Shown here: positions 44,396 to 64,000 of the stretch, in pieces
How the letters are laid out: each line of letters starts with the position of its first letter
Position numbering within the stretch: position 1 is the first letter of the stretch
Source: the human T2T-CHM13v2.0 reference genome, Homo sapiens
DNA length: 64,000 bases
Direction: 5' to 3' (one strand)
Assembly: GCF_009914755.1 (NCBI RefSeq)
Contig: NC_060927.1
Program-made: the position numbers and the translations under genes
The notes under the pieces: model-generated
Told to the model about the DNA's origin: nothing
What the model saw: the letters and a program-made list of their open reading frames with translations, nothing else
Databases searched by the model: none

Positions 44396-44721
44396 AAACC
44401 AACAATGATACCAGCTCAGTACAGTACTCACACAGTGAAGGTTTGTTACTTTAGCTGGCATTCTTTGCAGACATACCTTATAATGTAAAGAGAAAACTTT
44501 TCTAAGCAAAAGCAATTTGACACTTTGCGACTTCTAGATACAATTTTTCAAATGTGATGGATGAATAGGAAGTAGCAAACAAAAGCAGATGATGAGGAAA
44601 TACCGTTTAAGATGTCACTTTAAAATACTGTACTGTGTTACCATAAGTAGAGTGCATTTCTAGATCCTTACTACATTTTACACATCTTTTCTGATTATGT
44701 TTCTTCTTTTTATACTTTTAG

Positions 44722-44870
44722 GTATACACATTAGCTGAGTACTAGGAATTTTAAATGCATGCTATTTAGTTTTGAACGTTCAAGTACTTAGTTGAACTTA
44801 AGTTATGAAATTGTAAAGGAATGGTGTCTACCAGTGACATTACATTAAAGCTTTTCATAATCGAGTTGTG
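44722..44870 (+). other. Candidate 149-nt cassette exon (non-coding or poison)
   Basis: ctgat branch-like motif, then ttcttctttttatacttttAG acceptor, and GTG|GTAAGT donor. Motif evidence only. Confidence 0.3.
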
Positions 44871-45377
44871 GTAAGTTGTTTTATTTTAAATTTCTACCAT
44901 AGGAACAGAATGGTTCTGTAAAAGTTATTTTTCTTACTGTGATATAATTAAAAAATATGACCATACTTTTGCATAAAGAATTGATAGACTATTTCTCTTA
45001 CGGAGCATATATGCATGCAAAATTGACTAAAGAGGACTCATTTAAAACATTTCTAAGGGGAAATTTGAGTTAACACAAGGGTGAATATATTTTAAGCCAG
45101 TTTATATTTTAAACCACTCAATAATGTGGTTTTGAAAAGTGACTTTTTAGAATATGTATGTATATGTCTACACACACACACATACGCACACATGCAAATG
45201 ATGTGTTTACCCTGCTAAGCAGTTAGATTGGTAACTATGAGGTAGCAGCTTCTGTATCTTGTTACCTTGTTAGGTCAGTAAAGCAAGTGAGGGGGCACTT
45301 TATTAGTTTGTGGACCATTCTTGAAGCTGGTGACGCTGCAAAGGGTCCAAGGCTTGCCCTCTCTGCTAGTCTAGATC

Positions 45378-45680
45378 ACTGTTTCTGAGACTGTAATGTA
45401 TGTGTAAATCACCTGGAGGTCTTGTTAAAAGTGTAGACCTTGTTTTAGAGATCTGGGATGGGGCCTAAGATTCTAACAGGCTCCTTAGGTGATGCCAATG
45501 TAGGTTTGAGGACCTCTCTTTTTTTTAATTTTTATTTTTTTGAACTAGGGGCTTGCTTTGTTGCCTAGGCTGGTCTCCAACTCTTCCGTTCAAGTGATCC
45601 TCCCACTTCAGCTTCCTGAGTAACTGGGATTATAGGAGAACGTGCCCAGTTAAGGACCAGCTCTTTGAATAGCAAAGGAC
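45378..45680. mobile_element. MER5A interrupted by a FLAM-like Alu monomer (45518-45649, minus strand)
   Basis: aatcacctggaggtcttgttaaa...ctgggatggggcctaagattc...ggtgatgcc; monomer flanked by aggacc..ctcttt repeats. Confidence 0.75.
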
Positions 45681-45810
45681 AAGCTTATCATAGTTGTGAT
45701 TTAGAATTTAAAACCTCAGATAAACTATGGTTATAGGTAATATATTTATACTAACTTTAAAAAATATCAAATTTTATTATTATTATTTTTTGGATTTAAA
45801 AAATGTTTCT

Positions 45811-46130
45811 GGCCAGGCGTGGTGGCTCTCACCTGTAATCCCAGCAGTTCTGGGGAGGCCAAGGTGGGAGGATCGCTTCAGTCCAGGAGTTCAACATCAG
45901 CCTGGGCAACATAGCAGGACTGTGTGTCTAAAAAAAAAAAAAAAAAAAAAAATTAGCCAGGCATGGTGGCATGTACCTGTAGCCTGTAGTCTCAGCTACT
46001 TGGGAGGCTGAGGTGGGAAGATCGCTTGAGCCTAGGAGTTCAAGGCTGCAGTCAGCTATGAACAATGCACTGCCCTCCAGCCTGGGAGACAGAGCAAGAC
46101 CCTGTCTTTAAAAAAAAAAAAAAAAAAAAA
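45811..46130 (+). mobile_element. AluJ
   Basis: Full dimer with an expanded middle A tract and a poly-A tail. Confidence 0.88.
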
Positions 46131-46725
46131 CGTGAGCCTAGGGCTGCTTCTAGCCTATAGAATATCTTTTGCTGACTAGATGCAGATTCTCCTTGGGGTA
46201 GATGCATAGCTTGGCCAGATAAGGGACTTCTAGGTAGAACCATGCACAAAAAGGTGGTTGAATTTCAGACCTTACTCACTGGCTGCAAGCTTTTGTGCAG
46301 TATACAAACTCACAAATTACTGGTTGATCCTACCTTTGTTTAACATCTGGGCACAAAGATTTAAAAGAGTAGGAAAAAACATTTAAAACTATTATAGTGA
46401 TAACAATAAACTGCTTAAAAGGTATATAAACAAAACAAGAAATCTTTATCTGTCTTTTCACATGTTGTAATAATAAGGCTTTTGTTCACAATTTTAATGT
46501 TATTTTAAAAATTAATACTGCATTTGTTACTCAGTAGGTTTAATAAAATGCAGAGACCGTATACAAGCAACATACTGCTGACTATGTTAACTTAGAAAAT
46601 AACCACCTTCACAGATTTAGCAGTCTAGGGCAGTGGTTCCCAAATTCATGGTATTGGGCAAAATGAGAAAAATAAAACAATGTAATCAGGTTTTTGTATT
46701 TATTAATTCATTCTATTTAAGGGGC

Positions 46726-47322
<597 letters not shown>

Positions 47323-47694
47323 TAAGGGACAACTCTATATTCATTATTTTTGGTGTTAAAATGTCGTCTTTAAAACAGTATTGGTGGTATATGAGAGGTA
47401 TATTCGTTATGTACCTTTCTGCAGACATACATGCCCATGCTACTTTTATTCCTGACCTTATTTTTTTTTCAGAGGAAGAAGTTAAGAAATTAGTTTGTGG
47501 GCCATTCTTGAAGCCAGTGACACTACATAGGGCCCAAGACTTGCTCTCTCTACTAGCCTAGATCACTGTACCTCTCAGAGCCCCACTCACTTGTCTCCTA
47601 GGTGCCTCATAAATAGTTAGCAACAATTCTCAGTACTTCATTAAAATTCACCTCCTCCTGGGAGCCCTCCAGCCTTTGAAATAACCTGCTACTG

Positions 47695-48215
<521 letters not shown>

Positions 48216-48879
48216 TTCATCAATATCATCCTAACGTTAGTCGTTGTGTGGACAGCAACAGATTAAGTAAAAAGTTATACCCCTACCCCAATTCTGTTTC
48301 AGTCTTTCTGTGTTTGGCGAACTTCCCAGGTGATTCTTACATTTAATACATGTGAAAACCATTACCCTAAAGGTCCTTTCATAGTGAACTTCATCTAGGA
48401 CTTGCCAAAGCCACTAACATGAAGGAGTTGAGATCAAATTCATTTTGTCTAACACTATATCTCAAATGCATAATATTGTGTCTGGCATATAGTAGGCATT
48501 CAGTAAATAGTTGTTTAATGTGTGTAGCCCAACTTCATAGTTTTATGAGATAATACGGTCTTACGTTAAAAAAATGAGAGCAAACATTGGTTCTAGTTAT
48601 GTTATGGAGACCTTAATGGGGAATTCACTGAAGTATAAGAATTAATTCTCTATGATTATTCTCCCTATGGCTTATTAGAAAAAGATTGAATGAGCTATTA
48701 TTAAAATAATAATATGTATCTTTCCTCTAGAGTAAGACTAATAACTGTCATAGCAGGCTCTTCTCCATTTATTTCGTCTTTAGAACCATCTTTTTTAATT
48801 TTATTTAAAAGTAAGGTAGGAGATATACTTTCATTTTTCTTATTCTCTGGCATAAACTTTGTTTTTTAAATTCAGCTTT

Positions 48880-49005
48880 AGCCAGGTGCATTGGTGTGCA
48901 CCAGTATTCCCAGCTTTTTGGGAGGCTGAGTCGAGAGGATTCCTCAAGCCCAGGAGTTTAAGTCCAACCTGCACAGCATAGCGAGCTCTTTGTCTCTTTA
49001 AAATA
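48880..49005 (+). mobile_element. FLAM_A-like Alu monomer
   Basis: gccaggtgcattggtgtgcacc...cccagc...gggaggctgag...ggagtttaag...tgtctctttaaaa. Confidence 0.75.
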
Positions 49006-49582
49006 AATATAATACATTCAACTTTAGAAGTCATACAGTACTGTTTCTTTTGAATTGAGAAATAGTTCTTAGGCAATGAGGATGCTCCTAACTATAAAAA
49101 AGAAACATGTTTTGTTTACCTTGAATAATTTACTAGGACACTGAATAAAAATGTTAAGAAACTAATTCCGCAAGAATAATTGTGTAGTTATCTGATTTCT
49201 GAGTGAAGCATTTTCAGCTAGATAATTCTAGAAGAAAATATTTAAATAACCTTGGCAGAACTTTAACGTTATTCATAACAAAGATAGATAAAAAGCAATT
49301 CTCACCTAGCCATAATAATAAATCAGTATGTGCAGTTAAACTAGGAAAAACACTAATATTTATTATATGCTTTTTCCTAATGTATCTTGTATATATGGTC
49401 AGTTAGTTTTATAAGAGGAGGTTATTTGACATTAGTTTTCTTGCTGGGAAAACCTGATTTCCAGTTGGTGTGATGTTTTACCTTCCTTGATTACAATCTT
49501 ATTCTACCAGAAATGAAAAGATAATCAAGACGTGGCTCATCTGTTTCCATTTATCTTGATCATCTATGTAGTAAGTGCAGCG

Positions 49583-49865
49583 TTTAGATTATTTGTATCT
49601 TTTTATTTTTATCTTTAGATTTTTATCTTTATTAGTTTTTTTATTAGATTATTTTATTAGATATTTTATTAGATATTTTTGTATCTTTAGATTATTTTAT
49701 TTATTATTTTAAATAAATATAATATTTATTTAAATATAATATTTATATAATATATTATAAAATAAATAATATATTTTAAAGATTTTGTATCTTTAGATTA
49801 TTTTATTACTTTATTTTATTAGATATTTTTGTATCTTTAGATTATTTGTATCTTTTTATTTTATC
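49583..49865. repeat. AT-rich degenerate tandem repeat / low-complexity expansion
   Basis: Repeated tttagattatt and gtatcttt units, with a near-pure A/T core at ~49693-49780. Confidence 0.85.
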
Positions 49866-50435
49866 ATTATTTGCTCTAAAGATAGTCTGTTCAGATTTGT
49901 TATGACAAAAATATAATGATGCAGGTAATTATTGTCTTCATCCTTAAAATTACTTTCTAAAGCCAATCATTCTGCCTAATACAGGGTCTTCATTTATTTT
50001 TAGCTACCTGAAACTGAGTCTAAAACCACTTCTCTCTACTTCCTCTTGTCTTTTTCATTTAAACATGTGTAAATTTTGCAGTTAAAAATGATAAACCTAT
50101 TTACATTTAGTGTTCATCTCTTCTTCTGTTGTTATTGCTATTTTCCATCTCTAGTCCTTTTCAAAAACACAGTGGAATGGATAGTATAGATCAGCTGAGA
50201 TTGCTTTTTAAAAGGTTGGCAGTGACATCTTCATGCTAAATTCTAGTGTCCATTCTTGCTCTCTGAAACTATCTCCCTTGATTTTTGGAGCATTGCACTT
50301 TTCTCCACTGCTCTCTGATCCTTGCTTTTTTTGTTTATTTTTTTATTTTTGTTTTTGGCTGTCTTTGCTGGTTTCTTTTCATGCCTCAAAGTATTTTCTA
50401 AAATTAAGGCCTTAATGCTATGTTTCTCTGTGTTT

Positions 50436-50680
50436 TAGGGTTGCAGATTCCTCTAAAGAGGGCTGCAAGTGACATAAGGGAATGAATGGTCCAGGTGGGT
50501 ACACAATTAATAAGAGAACAGATCTCTGTCCAACGGGGACAACACCACTGTTTGAGTTCAACTTACTATCATGTGGGGAAAAAAATGTTTAATGTAATCA
50601 GATCTTCTAGTGAGCCAAGAGAAGTATGGGAAGTCCAGATTTTTATGTGAAATATCTCAGATTTCGAATATCGGTGGCTA
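50436..50680. mobile_element. MER103-like hAT MITE fragment
   Basis: cagatcttct...caagagaag...gtccagatttttatgtgaaatatctcagattt. Confidence 0.5.
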
Positions 50681-51346
50681 GTGGAAGTTTGGGAATACCT
50701 ACACGAGAGGGAGTTTGGAGCAGTATTCCGGTTGGAACAGGGTTTATGTAGCTTGTACGTTGCACAGCCTTTGGATTTGTTGTATACATTGTAATATGCA
50801 CCACTTGCACTTCTATTAAGAGTCTAGGGATTGCCTTAAAGCTGGATTTTCATAGGAAGTGCACATTTGGTAATTTGTATATATATTGTTGGGTAGTGCC
50901 CTGAAGGGAAAGGTTGATGGAGGGATTGGAGCAGATGTCCCCCAAGCCACCCTTTCCTGCCACAATGGTTAGAAACTATTTTTTAAACATTGAAATCTAA
51001 ATAAACATGACCATAGGCCTCTAATATGTGGCCTCTGCTCTGAATCTTGAAGAGCTTATAGCTCTCATAGCTTCAAACATTTCTAAATAGAAGATAGAGA
51101 TCTAAATTCTAGTTCCCTTTCAGTAAGTTTTCAGCTGGTGACCTGGACAAAATCACAATTCTTTGACCCTTAGTAGGCTGATATTTGAATTGGAGACAGT
51201 TCTGTTTCCAGTTCAGCTCGGGGAGCTTTCCATTCTAAAACTCATGATCTTATTGTTTTAAATCTCTATTTTTTAACTGGCCTCACACTAGTTTGCATAT
51301 TATATTTCCAGTCACAAAAAAATATTTCACTACTTTAGTGTTTCTT

Positions 51347-56950
<5,604 letters not shown>

Positions 56951-57769
56951 TTCCTTAATGTTTCTTCGCTTAATTAATCTTTCTTCCCAATGTAGTTCAT
57001 TTCTTAGTTTCTTTGTCTTTAATCATTTTCCTGATAATTCAGACTTGTGGAAAATTGCTGACACATGTCCATTCATCCTCCTGGCCCTTTTATTTCTCCT
57101 TGTCAGTATAGCTCGTATCTTTGTAATTTCCTCCATTCCAGGAGTTCTTGAGGCTTGGGCTCTCCATGATTACTTTAGGTTTCTCTGTCTCCCAGTCTGT
57201 GATGTCCCTTCCAGCCATATCCAGTCTGTTTTCAACAAAATTCTGACCACTCTACTTCTATTTTCAAAAGCCCCAGTGGTTCTTATTTCCTGCCTGCAAA
57301 GTATGTTTCTTTTTCGGATTTTCAGAGACTATATAATATTTCCCTTACCCTATCCAACCATATTTCCCACTGTGAAATAGTTATTACTACAAGTTAGGAA
57401 AGTATCTTATTACCAGTTATGCCTTTTGACTTTATTTATTGCAATTTCCCCACCACTAAAATAGCTTCATTTTTTTATTCCTTTGGCAAAAACACCGCAC
57501 ATTCTTAACAGCTGAGTTCCATGCTTTTCAGGAATCTTCTCTGGTGACCTGAGCACACACCAACCTCTCCTTTCTTTGAACTTCTGTTACATCTAATGAG
57601 TGCTGAATAGCTTATCATCTAAAATCCTAGATGCTTCTAGAGCTGGAAAGTAGTAGGCATCAGCTAATCATCTGTGCATTGTATAAATGACAGAACATTT
57701 GTGATTTGCCCTTGATCATATTATTTAACAGCAGAGCCTAAATTAGATCTGTCAGTTAATTTCCTATAT

Positions 57770-57906
57770 ACAGCTTGCCTGAGGTAGCATGAAAGCAGCC
57801 ATAGAAAATATTTAAACTAATGAATGTGGTTGTATTTTAATATAATGTTATCAAAAACGGACTGCAGTCCTGCTTTGGTTTGTGGGCTATAGACTGCTGA
57901 TCCCTG
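57770..57906. mobile_element. MER58A fragment
   Basis: gtagcatgaaagcagccataga...aatgaatgtggttgt...gggctatag..tgctgatccctg. Confidence 0.7.
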
Positions 57907-57984
57907 TTCTAGAGTAGTAACTAACAACTGCTTCCCCTAATTTTTCTCCTTTGTGTTGATTTTAAAACAATGAAACACATAAAC

Positions 57985-58484
57985 CAGGGGTCCCCAGTTC
58001 CCATGACACATACCTGTGGAACCTGGTGGCACAGCAGGAGGTGAGCCAGTGAAGCTTCATGTGTATTTACAGTTGTCCCTCATTGCTGGCATTACCGCCT
58101 GAGCTCTGCCTCCCGTCAGATCAGCGATGGCATTGGATTCTCATAGGAGCGCAAACTTTATTGTGAACTGTGCATGTGAGGGATCTAGGTTGCTTGCTCC
58201 TTATTAGAATCTAATGCATGATGATCTGTCACTGTCTCCCGTCACCCCCAGATGGGGACCATCTAGTTGCAGGAAGACGAACTCAGGTCTCCCACTGATT
58301 CTACATTATAGTGAGTTGTATAATTATTTCATTATATATTACAATGTAATAATAATAGAAATAAAGTGCACAACAACTATAATGAGCTTGAATTATCCGG
58401 AAACCACTCCCCTCAACCCGGGTGTGTGGAAAAATTGTCTTCCCCTAAACCAGTTGCTGGTGCCAGAAAGGTTGGGGACCGCTG
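57985..58484 (+). mobile_element. MER1A (hAT-Charlie)
   Basis: TIRs caggggtcccca...ggttggggaccgctg; internal ccccagatggggaccatctagttgcagg. Confidence 0.88.
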
Positions 58485-59479
58485 AAATAACAGAAATCCT
58501 CACTACTGCTTTTATTTAGAAGCATTTTCAGACAAGGAAGGATGTACAATTTATTTTTATTGTCAGGTATAAATTTTCCATGTTTAATTCAGCTTTAGAA
58601 GTCATATGATAATGTTTGAATTGAGAAACATTACTCTTAGGTAATAAGAATGCATTTAAATATATCCTATAAAATAGACACGTTATGCATGAGTGAGGGG
58701 TGCATTTTCAGTGACAAGTATAACACTTGAAATCTGAAGAATTGTTGGTCTTCCATACAGCGTACTTGGAATGAAACAAAGGTTTACAACAAGTTACTAC
58801 AAGAGGTAGAAATAGAACTAGGGAACAATTTGTTTCATCTACTCAAGTCTGTTGAAGTATAATAATTAACTTCTGACCATTCTTGGCCTTTTAAGTTCTC
58901 AGGGCTCTCCTCATAGGAATTATACCGTTAACCCTGCTCTCCTGGGCAAATTTCAACCAATGTAATTATATTCTTAGTCTTACCTGAATTCTCTCCATAG
59001 AGTGTAATTATCTGAGCTGGATTCTTCCCAGGGCACTGGGCTTTAGCACAGCTACTACTCTCCCTATCTTTAGTCCACGACTGTTGGGTAATTTCATTTC
59101 TGCTCTTGAACAGTTAGCTACTATCCTGCCTGAAGAATTGGCATTTTATGTTGAGTAGTGTACATTTGATTTCACTGTTTACCTTGTATAAGATTAAAAC
59201 TAACCTTAGCAGGCCACTTTTGACCGTGGGCAGGTCAAAGACGTAAGTGTGGTGAAATTATAGCAGAAGGGGTAAATATTTTCAAATAAAGATCGTGGAA
59301 TCAAAAACATAGAGACCTTTTAAGTTTTGATGTCAAAAACCGCTGTTTTTTTCCACATTATTAAAATTAGCAGTTAAGTTTTTTTCATCTCCAGGCTTTA
59401 TACTCTTAAAAATTACTGGATTATATCTGTGAATATTTGTTGTGTTAGAACAGATTTAGTATACTTTTAAAATTTGTTT

Positions 59480-60701
59480 AAAATATTACTAAACTCATGT
59501 TAATGTAAATATATTATGAAAAATATATTTTGAAAAATCTTGAAAAGAGTGGCCTTGTTTACAGTTTTGCCAGTCTCTTAATGTCTGACTTAACAGACCA
59601 CAGCTGTTTCTGGAATGTCTTGTGATACATTATTTTACTTGAAGTATGTGAAGAATATCCTCACACATAATATGTAATTGGAAAAAGAATGTTTTAATAG
59701 CTTTTTCAGATAATTGTGGATATTTTTCTTCAATAATACACCAAAAGTTAACAAGTGGTAATTTCTGTGGGTTAATTGCTATGTGGAATCTGAAATCATA
59801 TCAGTGAACTTTTCATTGTTTTCATTCTTTGTTACATTGAAATCTACCAGCCTGCCTTAATACCGGGTATGCATACATTTATTCACTTATTCATTGGAGT
59901 GTGTGTGTGTGTGTAACTTCTATTTTTTTTTCCTTGCACTTTGAGTGAATCTTACCCATGCATGATTTTGTAATATCAAGTATTGGTCATTTGGAAATTA
60001 TTGGCTCTCTGAAAGATTATGCAGACTTTCCACATGTTGATACATTTCATTATGTGATATCAAAAAGTATCATTTTTAAGTAACACCACCGATCTTAGAA
60101 AAATCTTCAAGTCTTTATTGGTGGCAGATACAAGTTTTCCAAAATTCTGGTTTTTGTTTGAAAGGTCAAATTTTATCATTGGCGACAAGTACTGTCATTT
60201 TTTCCCATGGGAAAGTCTTGTTCAGTCATTATTTTCAGAAGTATCAGCTGAATAAGCATAGTTTGTCCATCATTGTTTCAATTAAAAATGGCATTCCATA
60301 ACAGCTAATTCAGCTTGCAGCTTTAACAGGTATACAAATGCTTTCCTTCGAGACAGCCATCGTATTTAGGTATGCAGTAGAAATGCTTTATGCATGCTCA
60401 AAGGATGGTTTTTAATACAATTAATAATTTTTGCTGCTTTATCAAGAACAAGTGAAGCTGAATTTTTATTTCTCTTTTAACTGCAGTTAGTACAGTTTAG
60501 ATACATTGCGGTGATTTGAAATAAGGCACCAGGAGTTTTACCTGCTGTTGTTTTTGCATCAGCAGTATAAATGTCCACTCAGTGAAAATGGTGAATGAGG
60601 TCTTAGTTTTATTATGAAAATAGTTTTGACTTCCTTGACTCCCTGAAAAGGTCTCTGGGGTGCTCAGAGGGAGGTCCGTGTGCCACATTTGAAAATCATG
60701 G
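59480..60701. mobile_element. Charlie1-like hAT DNA transposon
   Basis: gagtggccttgtttacagttttgcc...ttaatgtctgacttaa; end motif aaaatagttttgac...ccctgaaaaggtctc...cacatttgaaaatcatgg. Confidence 0.8.
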
Positions 60702-60772
60702 TTATAAGCCTTGCAGAGGACAGTGTTTAATGGTCCCCTTTTCTTACAGTTATTAAAATGTAGTAACCATTC

Positions 60773-60938
60773 TTTTTATTTTTTATTTTTTACAGACAGG
60801 CTCTCACTCTGTCACCCAGGTTGGAGTATAGTGGTATAATCACAGCTTACCGCAGCCTGGAGCTCCTGGGCTCAAGCTCTCCTCTTGCCTTAGCTTCCCA
60901 AAGTGCTGAGATTACAGGTGTGAGCCACAGTGCCCAAA
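60773..60938 (-). mobile_element. Alu monomer-length element (AluJ arm fusion / FRAM-like)
   Basis: acagggctctcactctgtcacccagg...cccaaagtgctgagattacagg; TSD-like taaccattcttt/taacagctcttt. Confidence 0.8.
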
Positions 60939-63134
60939 CCCTAACAGCTCTTTTGTTTTATTTCATTTACTTTGGTATTCTCTAAGACTATTATTATGAA
61001 ACTTTGCTCATTTTTCTAGGCCTTTATTCTCAATTTTATTATTTTGTTCAAGGGCTGACATGACCATATTAACAATTATCCTTAGATGAACCTTTACAAG
61101 TTAAGTGGTAGATAAAAAAGGAAGAGACTGAAAAAGTGTTTAAGAAAACATTTACTAGCAACCTACGTGGCCACTGAAATATTTAAAAGAAACTAATTGA
61201 AGTTAACTTTTCATTTTATAACAGTGATTGAAAATCAACTGCTTTGTCTGCCCAAAGCATTCTAAGTCTATTCTGTTATTTGAGGAAGTCATTTGACTGT
61301 CTGTGTCTCAGTTCTCTGACTAGCTGACATTGCTGTAAATTTGGTATGTATGTCCAGGAATTGAAATAGGCCTCCGTGGAAAGAAATACAATTATTTATT
61401 TAAACTCTCTAACAGTAGTTTAGTTGTGGCTTGGATCTAAAGACAAATATTAGCCAATCCAGTCTATATCCCCTTCCCCATGCATTCATTGTGTTTGTAG
61501 AAATGGTATATGTCTAAGTATCAAACGAGTTGTATCTATCAAAGACAAAAATATTCTGGTTCAAATTGTAGATAACAATAAGATTCCAATCAAAACAAAG
61601 AGGTAAATAAATATCTGGTCATGATCCTTTTGTTTATACTGCAAATGTCGATATTGCTTAGTGGCACTGATTGATGATTTATGGCCACACATGTACCCAT
61701 TGTTTCTACTTCACTCCTCCTGGTTGGCTTTCTTATAGTACCATTCTTCCATGAGGAATGGCAAGTAAATAAACCAGTTGATACCTACGGAGCAAGAACC
61801 ACCATTGAACCATGGATGCTGATTTTAGAACCTTGCTCAACTGATGGGTGCATGATGTGCAGAAATTTTATTTGACTATTATTTATAACAATCCAGACAG
61901 ACCTGTTACTCATTTTTAGATTTTCTTTAAACCAGATTCTATTATTAAACATTAATTCAGCAAGAGATTAAGCAAATCTCAACTGATGACTTAAGGAAAA
62001 TTGACACATTTTCTCAATATGTTCATAGGAATTCTCTTGTTTAATAATTTAAAGATATTATAGACTTTATAATACAAAAAAGCAACAGACAAGCTGATAT
62101 TTTTGGTACGATATTATTTATAATTCAAAGAAATGTAAAGAGTATGCTAACTTGGAGATGTTTTGGTTGGAAATGGTGCCCACATTTGATGACTTTCTGC
62201 CTCCCTTTCCGTTTTGTCTTTCCATGTGTCTTTTAAAAAATATATACTGTTGCAGTTTCATAGCTGTCAATGTCTTCTCTTTCTGAGGATATTAATTAAT
62301 AAATTCTTCCTCCCTCTGTATAGTCATTCTTCAAGTTGCTTTTTTCTGACGCTTTCAGGTCTAGTAATCTTTGGTTGGTTGAGTGTATTTAATTGTGGAC
62401 CAGGTTACTTGAATCTCCTAAGGCATTATTGCTTATTTATATACTGTCCAGCTTCCAAAGTTTATTGCTTTTACCTCTACTCCCTGTACCTCCATAATGA
62501 TGTATTTATGACGTTTTACAAATTTTGCTCTATCATTTAAATAGGACTTTGGAAGGTAGCAGATGATAGTGTGTATTTTGTTCTCATCTTTACTTGAAAT
62601 AATTTGCTTATTTAAATGAAAGCATCTAGACAGTAATTGAAACCATGAGTTGAGTTCAGCAAGTACTAAAGTCAATATGATAGCTTAAGAAAATGTTTTA
62701 GCAATTATATTTTTATATTGATATAGATCCCATTAAACAGTCATATGGGTTCAGGAGTATTAGTTATGAATTATCACATGTATATTTTAATTAAAATACT
62801 ATAGGGTTTTAAAATTAAATTATGAATTATTTAAGAATAAGCCTATTTTTATTTACTTAATGAGTTAGGTAGTTCTAATTAGGTAAATGTAAATAGAAGT
62901 GACCATCTTAATGCCCTACAATGTAAGCAGTAATTCACAATTTGTAAAGATTTATAGGAGGACAAAATCAGTTTGATCTTGAATATGCTTAAATTTTGCA
63001 CGCTTGTACATTTCTCCCAACTTACCAAGTGGCACCTTCTAGGGAAACACGTTTCAAGAATTGTATCCTTAAGTTTTTACCAACTCCCCCCCAAATACTG
63101 TAGTAATAAGTGGCTTTGGCTTGAATAGTGGGAT

Positions 63135-63325
63135 GTCCACAAGTGTTAGAATCAGCTATACCTGGCTTTAGATCTTAGCTCCATTACCTTTTAACCATGT
63201 CTAAGAAGAACAAAATGCAAAATATTACTGATACCCTTACTTTGGAATTATTGTCAGGATTAAGTGAGATGAAATATGTGCAGTAACTAGAGCAATGTCA
63301 GACATTCAGATATTAGTTTCCTTCT
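63135..63325 (-). mobile_element. MIR SINE
   Basis: tagaatcag...cctggctt...cttagctccatt...ttgtcaggattaagtgagatga. Confidence 0.6.
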
Positions 63326-63703
63326 CTTATAAGCCCCTATGTAGTTTTTATTTCTTTAGGATGACAGACATGAGTTCTCCCATTATTTTCTCATTGCCTG
63401 TGCTTTATTCATATTACCATCATTATCCTTCATTGCGAAGAATCCATTACATACTATAGTGAATTAACAATAAAATTCAAGATGAATTTACACAAAAAGG
63501 AGGATATTATTTTTACACAAATAAATATTAAGGTAATGAAAACAGTTTTGCTATTGTTGACAATCATTATAAAATTGTTTACCATGTCTTGTAATTTTAA
63601 AAGTTTAGTTTTTATCATTTAAAGACAGGTATTCTTATTAGACACTTGACATCTGTTAGTCTCAAAATTTGCTATGTTTTGGATCGCTTACAAGATTAGC
63701 TGA

Positions 63704-64000
63704 GTGTATTAGTCAGGGTTCTCCAGAGGAATGGAACCAATAAGATATATATACAAAAGAGAATTTGTTAGGGAGAATTGATTCATGCTATTACATAGGT
63801 GAAGCCCCGCCATAGGCCATCTGCAAGCTGGAGAATGATGGAAGCCGGTAGCATGGCTCTCTCTAAGTCCGGAAGCCTCAAAACCGGGTAAGCTGACAGT
63901 GCAGCTCTCTCAGTCTAAGGCTAAAGACCTGAAATCCCCCAAGAGGCTGCTGGTACAAGTCCCACAGTCCAAAGGCTGAAGAACCTGGAGTCTGATGTCC
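63704..64000 (-). mobile_element. MLT2 (ERVL) LTR running off the window end
   Basis: gtgtattagtcagggttctccagaggaa...aggccatctgcaagctggag...gaagaacctggagtctgatgtcc. Confidence 0.85.

Overview
Primate (human-like) genomic DNA, AT-rich and dense in repeats. I found no recognisable protein-coding exon of a host gene; every long ORF in the supplied track comes from L1, Alu or LTR sequence. A visible T>A and G>C bias on the + strand and several good + strand splice-site pairs suggest a long intron or 5'UTR region of a + strand gene, which I cannot name. Contents: about 28 Alu elements or monomers, two young L1PA elements, two older L1MA elements, a solo LTR12, MLT1/MLT2/ERV1 LTRs, hAT and Tigger DNA transposons, MIR and L2 relics, and a Y3 RNA pseudogene. 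I found no evidence of a new gene system. The strongest findings are mechanistic. (i) An L1 at 20763-24405 is both 5'-inverted and 3'-truncated, has no poly-A tail, and is still flanked by a TSD, which implies two internal priming events. (ii) A full-length L1 at 51347-56950 was copied from a spliced RNA (SpIRE 97/622-type junction). (iii) These two L1s share non-consensus variants. (iv) An AG|GTAAG recursive-splice-like site with an 88-nt candidate RS-exon lies at 6775. (v) Two local templated duplications of similar age lie near 43.8-47.6 kb. (vi) A 7SL/Alu-head plus L1-tail chimeric retrocopy lies at 14491. Repeat subfamily names and consensus comparisons are from memory and need RepeatMasker/Dfam confirmation.
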